Assembly (NCBI RefSeq): GCF_009914755.1
Contig: NC_060933.1
From: the human T2T-CHM13v2.0 reference genome, Homo sapiens
Direction: 5' to 3' (one strand)
DNA: 64,000 bases
How positions within the stretch are numbered: position 1 is the first letter of the stretch; the number at the start of each line of letters is the position of its first letter. This document shows positions 42,859 through 59,135 of the stretch, in pieces. The notes beneath the pieces are model-generated. The model was given only the letters and a program-made list of their open reading frames with translations. It made no database searches and was not told where the DNA came from. A program made the translations under genes and the position numbers.

Positions 42859-42891
42859 ACTGTAGATTCTGATGTCCTGGTACAATATAAA
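42859..42891 (+). CDS. Candidate 33-nt phase-0 microexon (TVDSDVLVQYK) of an unidentified host gene
   Basis: Acceptor ttccttctttttttccag| and donor AAA|gtgagt. Length is a multiple of 3 and only frame 0 is open. Unique-sequence flanks. Host gene not recognised. Confidence 0.5.
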
Positions 42892-44104
42892 GTGAGTAAG
42901 GAGAATGGGTCAGGTGAGGAGAGGGAAATAGAGTGTGTAAGAAAAGGCGGGTAGTTGGGGAGAGAGAGAGTGAGAGCAAGAGCGAGCACACGCGATATGG
43001 GAGGTAGCGGGAATAGGGGAATAGAATGTAGTAGTGAAACAGAAAACGATTGATGTGGTATTTTCACCAAATTTGGCCAGTAGAGACTGGGAACTAAATA
43101 TAATTTGGTTTAGATAAATTAAAGGCATTTAACATTTTTCTGTACTTTCTGTGTTGTGGCACAATTCTTAGTTGTCACACACTTTTAAAAATATAAAATT
43201 GGTACAAATAACGCCCAATATTTGGTCATTAGTGAGTTATTTCTTTTTAGTGAAAAATATCTAAAATGCTTCTGTGAAGTCTTCTTAGTTTACCATTTAC
43301 ATAGGGATCTCTATTGTCAACTTAAATTACTTACTATCTACACCACTTATTTTGTGGCTCATTGATATACTTCTGTGAGACATTTCTTTGGTTGTCTCCT
43401 ATCATAAAACTCATATACTTTATTAACAGATCTAAATTTTAAACTTCTACCATGGTAGGAATTGCCTAAAAAAAAGTTGAGTAAGTGAATATATGGATAT
43501 TCCTCTAGAGTGAGTTGTCTAAGGGCAGGAACTAAGAATACCATTTTATCCATGTGTTTTCAGCACAGCACAGTTCAGGCAACTAGGAAGTGCTCAATAC
43601 TTGATTGTCAACAAGTACTGCATGAATAGATGAATAGACTAGTATGGAATTAAGACCCAAATGCATATATCCACCTGCAGAGTTGATTCATTCATATCTC
43701 ATGAAAGATTCATTTGTTAGATCCAGATATGAATTTTTAATCCAGTACAATATGTGCTTTTTACTAATATATTGTGGTAACCAGTCTGATTAATGTCAAC
43801 AATAGGGGATATTTAGATAAAAATCTCATACAAATTATGAAATCTATCCTTAATTTTTCAACCAAATCTTATATTTTATATTTATTTTCTCTCTTATGCA
43901 AAAATGAACATAGTCACCCAGCCCAACATACTCAATTTCTGTCAAGCTCCAACGCCTAAGCACTGTTAGTTTTTTTTTAAAGTTTATTATGAGTTGCCCA
44001 AAAACATCCCAACAGGCCACTGTACTTTATCTTAGAAGGATCTGAGCAATGAAATCCAGAAGTTCTTTTGGTGAAGAAAATGTTAGGAATCTCTTTTAAA
44101 GTAT

Positions 44105-44530
44105 TTCTGTGCTAGTTTAAAGAAATTCTTTGAAATTCTCCCATCGAGATGTAGGGTCTGTTTCTAACACCAGGAAAATATGACAGAATTTGTACTTGGT
44201 GACTTCTGAGACCAGGTCATGAAAGGCCATGGGTTTTCTGATTTGTTTGCTGAAACACTGAATGGTGACCTGGTAAGTCTGACTATCCTCAGGTCTTTGA
44301 TCATTCCATCAAAGTCCAGCTGTGAAGAACCATCTTGGTAAGTGGGTCCTAAGCCCCAGCTCTTCTAGCTCCCAGCTATTTGAGTCACCCCCTAAACATC
44401 AAGGAGAAGAAATAAGCTATGCTTTGTCTGAATTCCTGACCCACAGTCTCTGTGAGCATAATAAAAATGTTTGTTTTATGCCTCTAAGTGTTGGTGTAAT
44501 TTTTTACAGAAAAAGAGTAAATGGAATAAA
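44105..44530 (+). mobile_element. Old MLT1 LTR
   Basis: GTGACTTCTGAGACCAGGTCAT...CTGAATTCCTGACCCACAG...AATAAAAATGTTTGTTTTATGCC. Confidence 0.7.
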
Positions 44531-47387
44531 TTTTGTATCCTGAAGAGTATATTTTATTTTAAAAACTATAATACAATAAGTTTTGTATTTACCATTTATG
44601 AGTAATATATAATGCTATATTTAATTTAATCTAAGAAACTCCTAATTTACTTTACTTTCTCTACCCTTTCAAAGTTTGAAATCACTAAATGATAAATTCA
44701 GTGACTCATTTTAGCATATTGTGAGCCCATTTGAAAAGTATCTCAATGTTACTTTTAGTTCCTTTTCCGTTTCCAGTAAATATAAATTCCTATAGTGTTC
44801 TGCTTTTTACTTTCATTGTGCCTGAGGCAATCGCCATGGAGGCTGGATGTAGCCCAGGTTTCTTGAAGGCATTGTTCTTGGCTTGAGTCACTTTTCCACT
44901 GGACTCTCTTCTGGCATATGTTAATATACATGATAAAATAAAAGAATTCCATGGTCAAAGAATTGGGAAACATATTTTAAATGCTCTTCTTAGAGAGTCA
45001 TAATTAATGTTAGCATATTTAATAATCTGAGAAGTCCTAGTATAAGGAAATCTGTTTGACTCTGTTTCATTCAGTGTTTCTGAACTCTTTTGACTATACC
45101 CAGATCATGTGACCATGCAACACTCTAGAGAATACGCTTTTTAATATCTAATGTCTTGTACTACTGGTTTAGAAAATGCTTATTGATCTAGAGAGAGTAG
45201 TAATTAGAAAATGTTCATAATTAGCCAAGTAGTAATAAGTAACTATTAGTAATTAGCAAAATTCAAAGAGCTTACTTTATTTTTTCTTTCATTTATATAC
45301 ACTCTTTGAAATTATTAAGTATACAGGAACCTAAATGATGGCCTTAAAAACTCTAAGGAATGAATGATTGATAAATGTGAAGAAGAATTGTAGGAGATAA
45401 GATCAGAGAAAAAGGGATTAGCAGCAATTAAGGACTATTATAGATAATATAGGTCAATTATTATGAATAGCTCTATCCCTCCTATATGGTTCCAGGGTGT
45501 TTATCAGAGTTTCCAGGAGAAGCATAACAAAGTGTTGGAAATACACATATTTAAATTTATGATTATTTAAATTTGCCTTTAGGTGTATTGTTTAACTCTC
45601 TTGCATTTTTAAATAAGAGTAGAGGAGGGTGTAATCATGAGTATAAAATAATTGAGAGCTTGAGGTCTGAGTAGAACAGAAAAATCACAGCTTTGGAGAG
45701 TGAGGTAACACCTTTGTATCCCAGTCTCGTTGGGGAATGGTGTATTCCGGTCAACCAAGTCTCCAATTACTTCATTTTGACAGCAAAACTGATATTAGAG
45801 CACAGATGTGAGGGTTGAACTATAGAACGCTCTAGATTGATTTTTCAAGTGCTGTATACATTTTTAGAAAAGCAGCACTTTAACAGCTACAAATCTTTAA
45901 TGGAGTTGCTAGACCATCAACTGACATGTCAACACACCTTGAAAGAAGCCTCATCAAATGCAAAGGTAAAGTTCTGTCAGATAGTGTTAGCAAAGCAAAA
46001 TAAACTCATAGGAAGAAGGAAATATTTCTTCCAAATACCTGAGTGTTATAAAATAAAACACTTCAAAAGTCCTTAGATGTTTCTAATATGTAATCTGGGT
46101 AAAAAGATAAGAAATGGAAAAAGCAAGAAGGTAAATGAAAGCACTTCTTAAAATATTTAAATAGGAAATGATAAAAATGTAAAAGTGAAACTGTGCTTAT
46201 TAGTGGGGGAAAAAAACAACTGAAGTTAATTTCAAGCTGCCATAGGATAAAAGCAAAGATGAGCAAGATAATGTGTCACTGGCTTGGGGAAATTAAAAAA
46301 AAAAACATTGTTAATACTTAAGCCAGAACCTATTAATTTCTGACAGAAACTATTGATTTCAGAAAACTAGATAATTTCTGACAAAAAGGGTTCTAGGTCA
46401 AATAAATTTGGGTCAAACAATAACAAGTCTTTTTATTGAGTCTTTATTACACTAATGTGTTTTTCAAATCATTCTATAGTGTTTCCCAAATTTACTTGGC
46501 TATGGAAATTTTTGTTTGTTTGTTGAGACTTATCCTCTTTTGGGACTCAGGTCCAAGGAGCAAACTTTGGGAAACACTGATCTAGCCCTTTTGTTTGATA
46601 AAGCTATTATTGACCTTGCTATGAGACTAGCTGACAGGTGGCCTGTAGGCACCTCATGGCTCCTGCCGTTAGTACTCATGGCTCTAATGACTGAATTTAG
46701 GTGGAACTTGTGCCCTTCCCTGGCTTAAATCCACAAATTAATTTTTCCATCTATAAGATAGGGATTATCTTTTGCAGAAGGTAAAATGAGATGAAGAAAG
46801 GTGATAAGCCTCTCAAAGTCACACAACATGAACACTACATGTCAGAATTTGAACTTTAAACTTCTTTCTCCCATTCTGCTGAGTATTGCCTTCCAGGTTA
46901 AAAAAATATATAGTATCTGTTTTTAGTTAAAGAGTGAGCTGTGGCTTGGATTGAGCCCCTCTTCTTTGAATGGGACTCTGGTTTAACTAAAATTTAGAGA
47001 AGTTCTGAAGCTTTTAATGAAAGGCTACATTTATCAAAAATAGGGCCCACTCATTAAATACTAAGGCTTATATCATTAAGAAACAATAGAGAAAGGAAGA
47101 AAAACCTATTCCCAGTTTCGATGAAAAGAGAGAAGGCTTTTAAGAAATAAGGGTGGACTTTCCAACAGAGCAGTCATGAAAAGTTGAATGTCCAAAATGA
47201 GTACATTTTAAAGAAATATATAAATATTTTTCTTCAGACACAGAAATATTCAAAAGATGGTTACACATGTGAACGTGAACCTTGGAAGGGAGGACTGGCT
47301 ATAGGGAAACACTGGCCATCTTCATGAATAAGAAATTTGAAAATGAAGGAGCAGTTGGAGTTATATTAATGGTTCTCAAATTAGTTC

Positions 47388-47419
<32 letters not shown>

Positions 47420-47465
47420 CTCTTCTCTTCTTTTCTCTTCTCTTCCCTTCCCTTCTCTTTTTTCC
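47388..47465. repeat. CT-rich simple repeat
   Basis: (TTCTCT)n-like tract. Confidence 0.85.
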
Positions 47466-47559
47466 CTCATTCTCATGCTTCTATATACTTTTTCATACTT
47501 TGACTGCTTTCTCTTTGTCTTTTATAAAGTCATCTTTATGAATCAGATAGCTAATTGTG

Positions 47560-47850
47560 GAACACCAATGGGATTATTGAATTCTGTGATCTATTTGTAG
47601 AGTGCTAGTAGTTCTCTGGCAGGGCCTTTCTTTGCCCAAGGACCAGTTACATTGTGGTTGTGGTGGTGGAAGTCTCTTTATATGTTTGCTTGTTTTTCCA
47701 AGATCAAGTGGCATTGCCTTATTCACTTGCCTTTCCCCATTTACCGTTTTCAATTTCCTAAAAGGATTTTTCCATGTGGTCTGTGATGATTTAGCTATTG
47801 AAAGTAGATTGGTTGTCTGAAAACTGGCTAGTTTCCACAAGAAATGTTTA
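47560..47850 (-). mobile_element. Possible CR1/L3 RT relic
   Basis: The minus ORF contains SFQTTNLLS...LDLGKT, weakly resembling CR1 RT SCxTNL...LDFSKAFD. Confidence 0.3.
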
Positions 47851-49106
47851 CTATATATTCCTAATTTGTGGAAATTATACTTTGAGAATTATTGATAAAT
47901 ATCCTGATACAAAGTTTGAAGGAGATCACGTAGGGGAAGAGAAGGTTGGATTTTCTAACTCAGCCTTTGCAAGGAAAGATGCAAGAGCTCTTAAAAGCAA
48001 CCCCTCTTGAATGTGGTTACTGACTTTTACTGTTCATGTTCTAGCAGAGTGAGATTTTCACCCTGGAAAACTCGGGCACTGTACAGTTTTCTAAACAAAT
48101 ACAGTTCAACTCATCACTTCTTGTCCTGAGGATTATGTAGATCATTGGTAAGTGAATGACACATCATGTATGAGATATCATGTTTCTCTGGTAATGGGTG
48201 AGCATCAACTTCAATGAACATCATAGTCAGAAACAAATCTCACCCTAGTGTAAAACTTTGAAATCTTAAAGTGAAACATTCTACTTACTTAGAAATTGGA
48301 TTATTAGGCCGATTCTCTTTATGGCACCTCTCACATTTTTCTTATTTGCTACTTGCTTATATCTATTCCCATCCTCTCTGCCTATTCACAGGAAGGTAAG
48401 ATACATGTTTATTGTTGCATTGCTGGGCTAAAATAGGGCTGGGCACATAGTAGATTTTCAATAAATGTTTGCTATATGAATGTCTCAGGGTATTAATAAA
48501 TAAACACATCTTCATTTTAAGGGAAAGAAATTGAGTCAGGTGAGGTTAAGTGGTTTACCAAAAAGTGTTATAACGAACTCATAGATAGACTAGAAATATA
48601 ATTCTGTATCCTAATTCTGAAACCAGCAAAATATACCTCTGTGTCTTTTATCTGGTGTAATTGCACATGTTTACTAAAAAGGCATTTGGAATTTTAGACT
48701 AATTATATGCCAGGACTAAGATAAGTTCTGTCTGATGGTGAATCCTTGTTTTAATATTATTTGTAATCTGTTGACATTATAGTTTTTGAATTGTCTGAGA
48801 TTTTTTCTCACATTTTAGTACATTGAATAAATCTTATAAACGTGAAACTTACTTTTTAAAATCTGTTACATAGAAATTTGGTAACATTCTTTTATTAGAT
48901 GAATAAAATAATTGCAATAGTAATTCAAGAAATCACTTCATAGTATTCTTATGAATTATTTTTGGTTGTAAATCTTTATAAATTTTATTTGTGTACTAAT
49001 ATTTTGCTCAGATAGTCATATTTTTATTTTAAAGGGATTAATTTTACATTCTCTTATACTTTAGTAGTAAAAAGTAATTGTTTTTGGTAGACTGAATTGT
49101 GTTTAA

Positions 49107-49426
<320 letters not shown>

Positions 49427-50863
49427 CCTTCTTTTCTTCTGTTTTCCTGTCCTTCTTCCATGACTCAGCAATTCTCTACTTGGTGGAGTGTCTGGCAATG
49501 CCCTGTTCTTCACCTGTGTGGTGGTTACACAGGAATTAGCTTTATAATTACTGGCAGTTATACTAATTATAAACCATATAACTGTGTGTTTCATGTACTG
49601 ATCTGCATACATAGTTAATAAAAATTAAAAAAATTAAAAGCAAAGTTATATAGTCCATATGTTTCCATCTAGAATGGATTTAAATTTAATGAAACATTTG
49701 TATGTATCATTATTTCTGATTCTCAGAAATTTATAAAAGTTTCAGAGTATGGAACTTTCTATTTGTGTTCCAATTTATTTATGAATAAGTCTCTAATAGA
49801 CAATGCATATAAGTGATTTATTCCACTTAAAATTTATTTTTTATTAGACATGCATTGAATTATATAAAGAACATTAAGGATGAGAATTGCCTGTTTTATT
49901 TTTTGACTCTTCTGGCATAAGTAATCAAGTCAATTTTAGTAAAATTTCTAAAGGACAAGGTAATTTCAAATACTTTCAAGTACTTTTCTTCTGTTGTCTG
50001 TAGATTACACATAGAGGTGTGTAATTAAAAACTTAATATAGCCTCTAGTAGATGAAACATATCTTGGATAAACTTTTGCTCTTTTATCCTTTAGAACAGA
50101 TGTGTTTATCACATATTTCTCAACAGAATATAATTTTGTTTAGGTCATTCCGCCAACAGAAAAGAAACAACATGCCTATCCCCACCACACCCTAATTTAA
50201 TTATGGATTTATTGCTTTATGGATATTGATATTCATGGATTTCAAATTCAAATATGAACAGAGTATATTTTGTAGAAAAACTAATATTTTAAATGGTGAA
50301 ATTTAAAAACCCATAATAACATCATTACATTATTTGTAATATCCAGTGCGAAGACAATATACTATATATAGTTATTTTATTTCCCATCTGATAGGGTATT
50401 TTTGCACAAATGTAATTCTACCTGTAAATAAAATACTGATTTATAGTCATTGGAATGTGAGACTATAGAAGGTTTTCCCCCAATTTTTTTAAATTAATTC
50501 TCCTTGTTAAAAGGGAAAGTAAAGCCCATAAATAAGTTAAAAAACGTTTGACTCAGAATGTAATCTTTTGATCATAATACAACAATAGATGTTTGTTTCT
50601 TTTGTTGTAGAATAATTAAGGTTTAGTTTATTTTATTTTTTATTTTATTTATTTATTTATTTTTTTAATTTATTATTATTATACTTTAAGTTTTAGGATA
50701 CATGTGCACAATGTGCAAGTTAGTTACATATGTATACATGTGCCATGACTCATCATCTAGCATTAGGTATATCTCCCAATGCTATCCCTCCCCCGCTCCC
50801 TCCACCCCACAACAGTGCCCAGAGTGTGATGTTCCCTTTCCTGTGTCCATGTGTTCTCATTGT

Positions 50864-54702
<3,839 letters not shown>

Positions 54703-54750
54703 TTATTTTGCTCGTTAGTTGATGCAGTTTCTACCTAGTCTCAATGGTCT

Positions 54751-55766
54751 TTACATTTTGGCATGATTTTGCAGCAGCTGGTACCAGTTGTTCCTTTCCA
54801 TGTTTAGCACTTCCTTCAGGAGCTCTTTTAAGGCAGGCCTGGTGGTGACATAATCTCTCAGCATTTGCTTGTCTGTAAGTATTTTATTTCTCCTTCACTT
54901 ATGAAGCTTAGTTTGGCTGGATATGAAATTCTGGGTTGAAAATTCTTTTCTTTAAGAATGTTGAATACTGGCCCCCACTCTCTTCTGGCTTGTAGAGTTT
55001 CTGCCAAGAGATCAGCTGTTAGTCTGATGGGCTTCCCTTTGTGGGTGACCCGACCTTTCTTTCTGGCTGCCCTTAACATTTTTTCCTTCATTTCAACTTT
55101 GGTGAATCTGACAATTATGTGTCTTGGAGTTGCTCTTCTCGAGGAGTATCTTTGTGGCGTTCTCTGTATTTCCTGAATCTGAATGTTGGCCTGCCTTGCT
55201 AGATTGGGGAATTTCTCCTGGATGATATCCTGCAGAGTGTTTTCCAACTTGGTTCCATTCTCCCCGTCACTTTCAGCCACACCAATCAGACGTAGATTTG
55301 GTCTTTTCACATAGTCCCATATTTCTTGGAGGCTTTGCTCATTTCTTTTTATTCTTTTTTCTCTAACCTTCCCTTCTCGCTTCATTTCATTCACTTCATC
55401 TTCCATTGCTGATACCCTTTCTTCCACTTGATCACATTGGCTCCTGAGGCTTCTGCATTCTTCACGTAGTTCTCGAGTCTTGGTTTTCAGCTCCATCAGC
55501 TCCTTTAAGCACTTCTCTGTATTGGTTATTCTAGTTATACATTCTTCTAAACTTTTTTCAAAGTTTTCAACTTATTTGCCTTTGGTTTGAATGTCCTCCC
55601 ATAGCTCGGAGTAATTTGATCGTCTGAAGCCTTCTTCTCTCAGCTCGTCAAAGTCATTCTCCATCCAGCTTTGTTCCGTTGCTGGTGAGGAACTGCCTTC
55701 CTTTGGAGGAGGAGAGGCGCTCTGCTTTTTAGAGTTTCCGGTCTTTCTGCTCTGTTTTTTCCCCAT
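54751..55766 (-). pseudogene. L1 ORF1, disrupted
   Basis: Starts MGKKQSRKTG. Premature TAA at 55572-74 and a 1-nt frameshift near 54880. Confidence 0.95.
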
Positions 55767-56668
55767 CTTTGTGGTTTTATCTACTTTTGGTCTTTGATGA
55801 TGGTGATGTACAGATGGGTTTTTGGTGTGGATGTCCTTTCTGTTTGTTAGTTTTCCTTCTAACAGACAGGACCCTCAGCTGCAGGTCTGTTGGAGTACCC
55901 TGCCGTGTGAGGTGTCAGTGTGCCCCTGCTGGGGGGTGCCTCTCAGTTAAGCTGCTTGGGGGTCAGGGGTCAGGGACCCACTTGAGGAGGCAGTCTGCCG
56001 GTTCTCAGATCTCCAGCTGCGTGCTGGGAGAACCACTGCTCTCTTCAAAGCTGTCAGACAGGGACATTTAAATCTGCAGAGGTTACTGCTGTCTTTTTGT
56101 TTATCTGTGCCCTGCACCCAGAGGTGGAGCCTACAGAGGCAGGCAGGCCTCCTTGAGCAGTGGTGGGCTCCACCCGGTTGGAGCTTCCCGGCTGGGCTGC
56201 TTTGTTTACCTAAGCAATCCTGGGCAATGGCGGGCGCCCCTCCCCCAGCCTCGCTGCCGCCTTGCAGTTTGATCTCAGACTGCTGTGCTAGCAATCAGCG
56301 AGACTCCGTGGGCGTAGGACCCTCCGAGCCAGGTGTGGGATATAATCTGGTGCGGCGTTTTTTAAGCCTGTCGGAAAAGCGCAGTATTCCGGTGGGAGTG
56401 ACCCAATTTTCCAGGTGTCGTCTGTCACCCCTTTCTTTGACTAGGAAAGGGAACTCCCTGACCCCTTGCGCTTCCCGAGTGAGGCAATGCCTCACCCTGC
56501 TTCGGCTCGCGCACGGTGCGTGCACCCACTGACCTGCGCCCACTGTCTGGCACTCCCTAGTAAGATGAACCTGGTACTGAGATGGAAATGCAGAAATCAC
56601 CCGTCTTCTGCGTCAGTCACGCTGGGAGCTGTTGACCGGAGCTGTTCCTATTCGGCCATCTTGGCTCC
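55767..56668 (-). promoter_or_regulatory. L1 5'UTR: sense promoter with intact YY1 site, plus antisense promoter firing on +
   Basis: CpG-rich, with the YY1 motif AAGATGGCC (56654-56662, minus). Promoter activity is family knowledge and is not shown here. Confidence 0.8.
56227..56532 (+). CDS. L1 ORF0 (antisense ORF), open for 101 codons
   Basis: MAGAPPPASLPPCSLISDCCASNQRDSVGVGPSEPG... with the ATG in a GCAATGG context. Confidence 0.7.
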   Translation: MAGAPPPASLPPCSLISDCCASNQRDSVGVGPSEPGVGYNLVRRFLSLSEKRSIPVGVTQFSRCRLSPLSLTRKGNSLTPCASRVRQCLTLLRLAHGACTH

Positions 56669-57869
56669 ACATTCAGCGGTTTAGTTTATTTTAAAAAGAG
56701 AAAAGATTAAAAGGAAAAAAGAAACCAAAAGGCAGATATAGTTCTAATGAATTAGTCTTAGAAGTAAATCAGCCCACTGGGAATGAACTTCTTTTGAAAA
56801 TGCAGTGTGGAGAAACAGGTTAAACTCTGATTTTTGATGACAGAAGCAAGGGGATAAAATTTATATACAGATTGAATTCTGGTTGTATTTCTAGGACAGC
56901 ATTTGTGCATGCTGCTTTGAGACCCACGTCAACTCTTTATCTTTCTCTTTGACAGATCAGTATTGAAATGAGAAGCCCAGCAGCTACTAAGCCCTGGTGC
57001 AAGTGTTCTTTCCACACTACCAAACTCTCTCTTATTGTTCTATTACTTAGGTTCTTCTTATGGATTGGTTACAGATATTTAACTTGAGAGAGAAGACAAG
57101 GAAAACCCATTAAATAATAATTGTTGGGAAATTTACTGTTTAAGTTACCTGGTGTTTATTGATGTCTGAAATTTTCAACGTTCCCAGTCAGGTTAGAGAT
57201 ATAAATGAAGTGTGAAGCTTACCATATCCGGAGGACAATACCTTGCATGTACTTATTTGCTGATGGAATGAATGGTAATTATATGAATGAATGAATAAAT
57301 TAATGAATTACAGATAGAAAATAATTGTAAATTACTATTACAAGTTGAACTAAATGGAACACTTAAGAGTAGGCCAACCCTACACTTGTGGACGGATAAG
57401 AAGAAAGAGAGCTAACACGTAGTTGGGGGGAACAACAGGAGAATTTATGAGAATAGCAGATCAAATGTAAGATGCATTTTGAAGGATTACAATCAAGACA
57501 TATTTCATGGAGGAGCTGGCACTTGAGGTAAGTATAACAACAGTTTAAAATAACATCAGATTTCTTTTTTTGCTATCCTTTCTACAAATTGCAATGAGAA
57601 CACTGACTCTTCTTTAATTTTGATTCTTTTATTTGAAAACTGGGTTAATTCAAATAAAATTATCCTTCCTTAGCAAAGGTAGGATTTCTTTATCGAATGT
57701 CATCTTCATTATTAACCCAATTTAGTGTTATAAGACTTTCACACTTTTTACGGAATAGTGCATGGCATGTTGTAAGGGGTTAATGTTTATTATTCGACTG
57801 ACTGTATATCAAGTTATAGTCACAGTAATCTTTAAACCAAGAGCTTCTACTTTTCTGGTTCCTGCCTTG

Positions 57870-58310
57870 ATCAACTTTCCTTTTTTTTCCCCCTGTGGCT
57901 CTGTCTTTGGACTTCCATTCTGTACCTGAACTATCTATTGGTAGTCTCATCCCATCTCATGGCTTTAAATATCATCTATATGATGACTATTTACAACTGT
58001 ACAGTTCTAGCCTGTAACTCTCCCTTGGACTCCAAACTCCTATATGCACTACTTAAATGACATCTTTTGTTGGTATTTAATAGTTACTTCAAACATAATA
58101 CATCCAAATGAAATTCTTTAGTTTGCTCCTAACAGTTTCCCCACCTTGCTTAATGCCACCTGAATTTCTCCAATTGCTCAAACCAAAGACACTGGAGTCA
58201 TCATTGTTTCTTTTATACCCACGTCCAATTCATTAGCAAATCTGTTGCCCCTATTTTCAAAATATGTTCAGAATCTGACCATTTCTCTTAAGGTCCATTG
58301 CTACCAACTC
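57870..58310 (+). mobile_element. L2 fragment
   Basis: CATGGCTTTAAATATCATCTATATG...CTGGAGTCATC...CAGAATCTGACCATTTCTC. Confidence 0.7.
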
Positions 58311-58321
58311 TTCATTGAGGG

Positions 58322-58445
58322 ACATTATGTTGGTAGCTTGAAATCAGCCATCATGAGAGTATTTACACCTCGGAAACTGGCAAACACTACACATTGGGGA
58401 TTATTTTCTGAGAGACTGGGTTTTAACACATTTAAAACACCTTTG
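58322..58445. mobile_element. MER63-like (hAT-Blackjack)
   Basis: GGTAGCTTGAAATCAGCCAT..GAGTATTTACACC..GGAAACTGGCAAACACTAC. Confidence 0.65.
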
Positions 58446-58958
58446 GCTGTTGGGTAAGCTATAGCCATGTACTTTCCTGCATGAAGGTCAGGGATTTTAT
58501 TTAGCCAGTCATGGTAAAGGAAATTATGGGAGGTGAACCAACCAGGAGAATCTGCATTGTAAAAGGAAATTCAAATAGTCATGAGACAGGAAGGAGGAAA
58601 AGAAGGATTGGTAGCCATTATTAGAGGCAGCCAGTACATTCTTGTATCTTTTCCAGTTGGTAATTGAATGAACAAAGGTCTAGGGTTCACATTCCTGAAA
58701 ATGGAGGCAAGGTAATGGCTAGATAATCACAAGACTTTAGCCACATAGGTTAGAGATAAGGACAGGGTTCCATTCCTAATGAGGAATTGGAAATCTAGAC
58801 AGGGACATTGTGAAGAATATTAGTCAGGGATGTAATATTATCTGGAGAATGGTGTCTTGGCAAGATTAATAACTTAATACCCATTAATATTGTTTATCAC
58901 ACTTTAATATTTTTATTTCAATAGTTTCACACTTTAATTTTTGTCCAACCCTGAAAAC

Positions 58959-59135
58959 AGTGGTTCTGAGGTTTATGCATCAGCATCACCTGGGCTTGTT
59001 AAAAGACATTACTGGGTTCCATCCCAGAGTTTTTGATTCAGTATGTCTGTGTCAAGGCTTGAGAATAATATATGTCTAAGAAAATCTCCAAAGATGTTGG
59101 TGCTGCAGATCTGAATGTCTCAATTTGAGAACCAC
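58959..59135. mobile_element. MER5A-like
   Basis: Termini CAGTGGTTCT...TTTGAGAACCACT. Confidence 0.75.

Noticed and set aside
42802-42876. Overlapping 75-nt minus-strand exon candidate (GHQNLQSGKKEGSWDVLNKQSLMII)
   Set aside because: The donor TTG|GTAAAA is weaker than the + strand pair, and L1 orientation bias favours a + host. Not fully excluded.
48045-48147. Exon-like unit ending TTG|GTAAGT
   Set aside because: Stops in all three frames and no other support.
48392-48395. Apparent 4-nt microexon or recursive splice site, cacag|GAAG|gtaaga
   Set aside because: It lies in a decayed L2 3' end whose consensus readily yields this pattern; no independent support.
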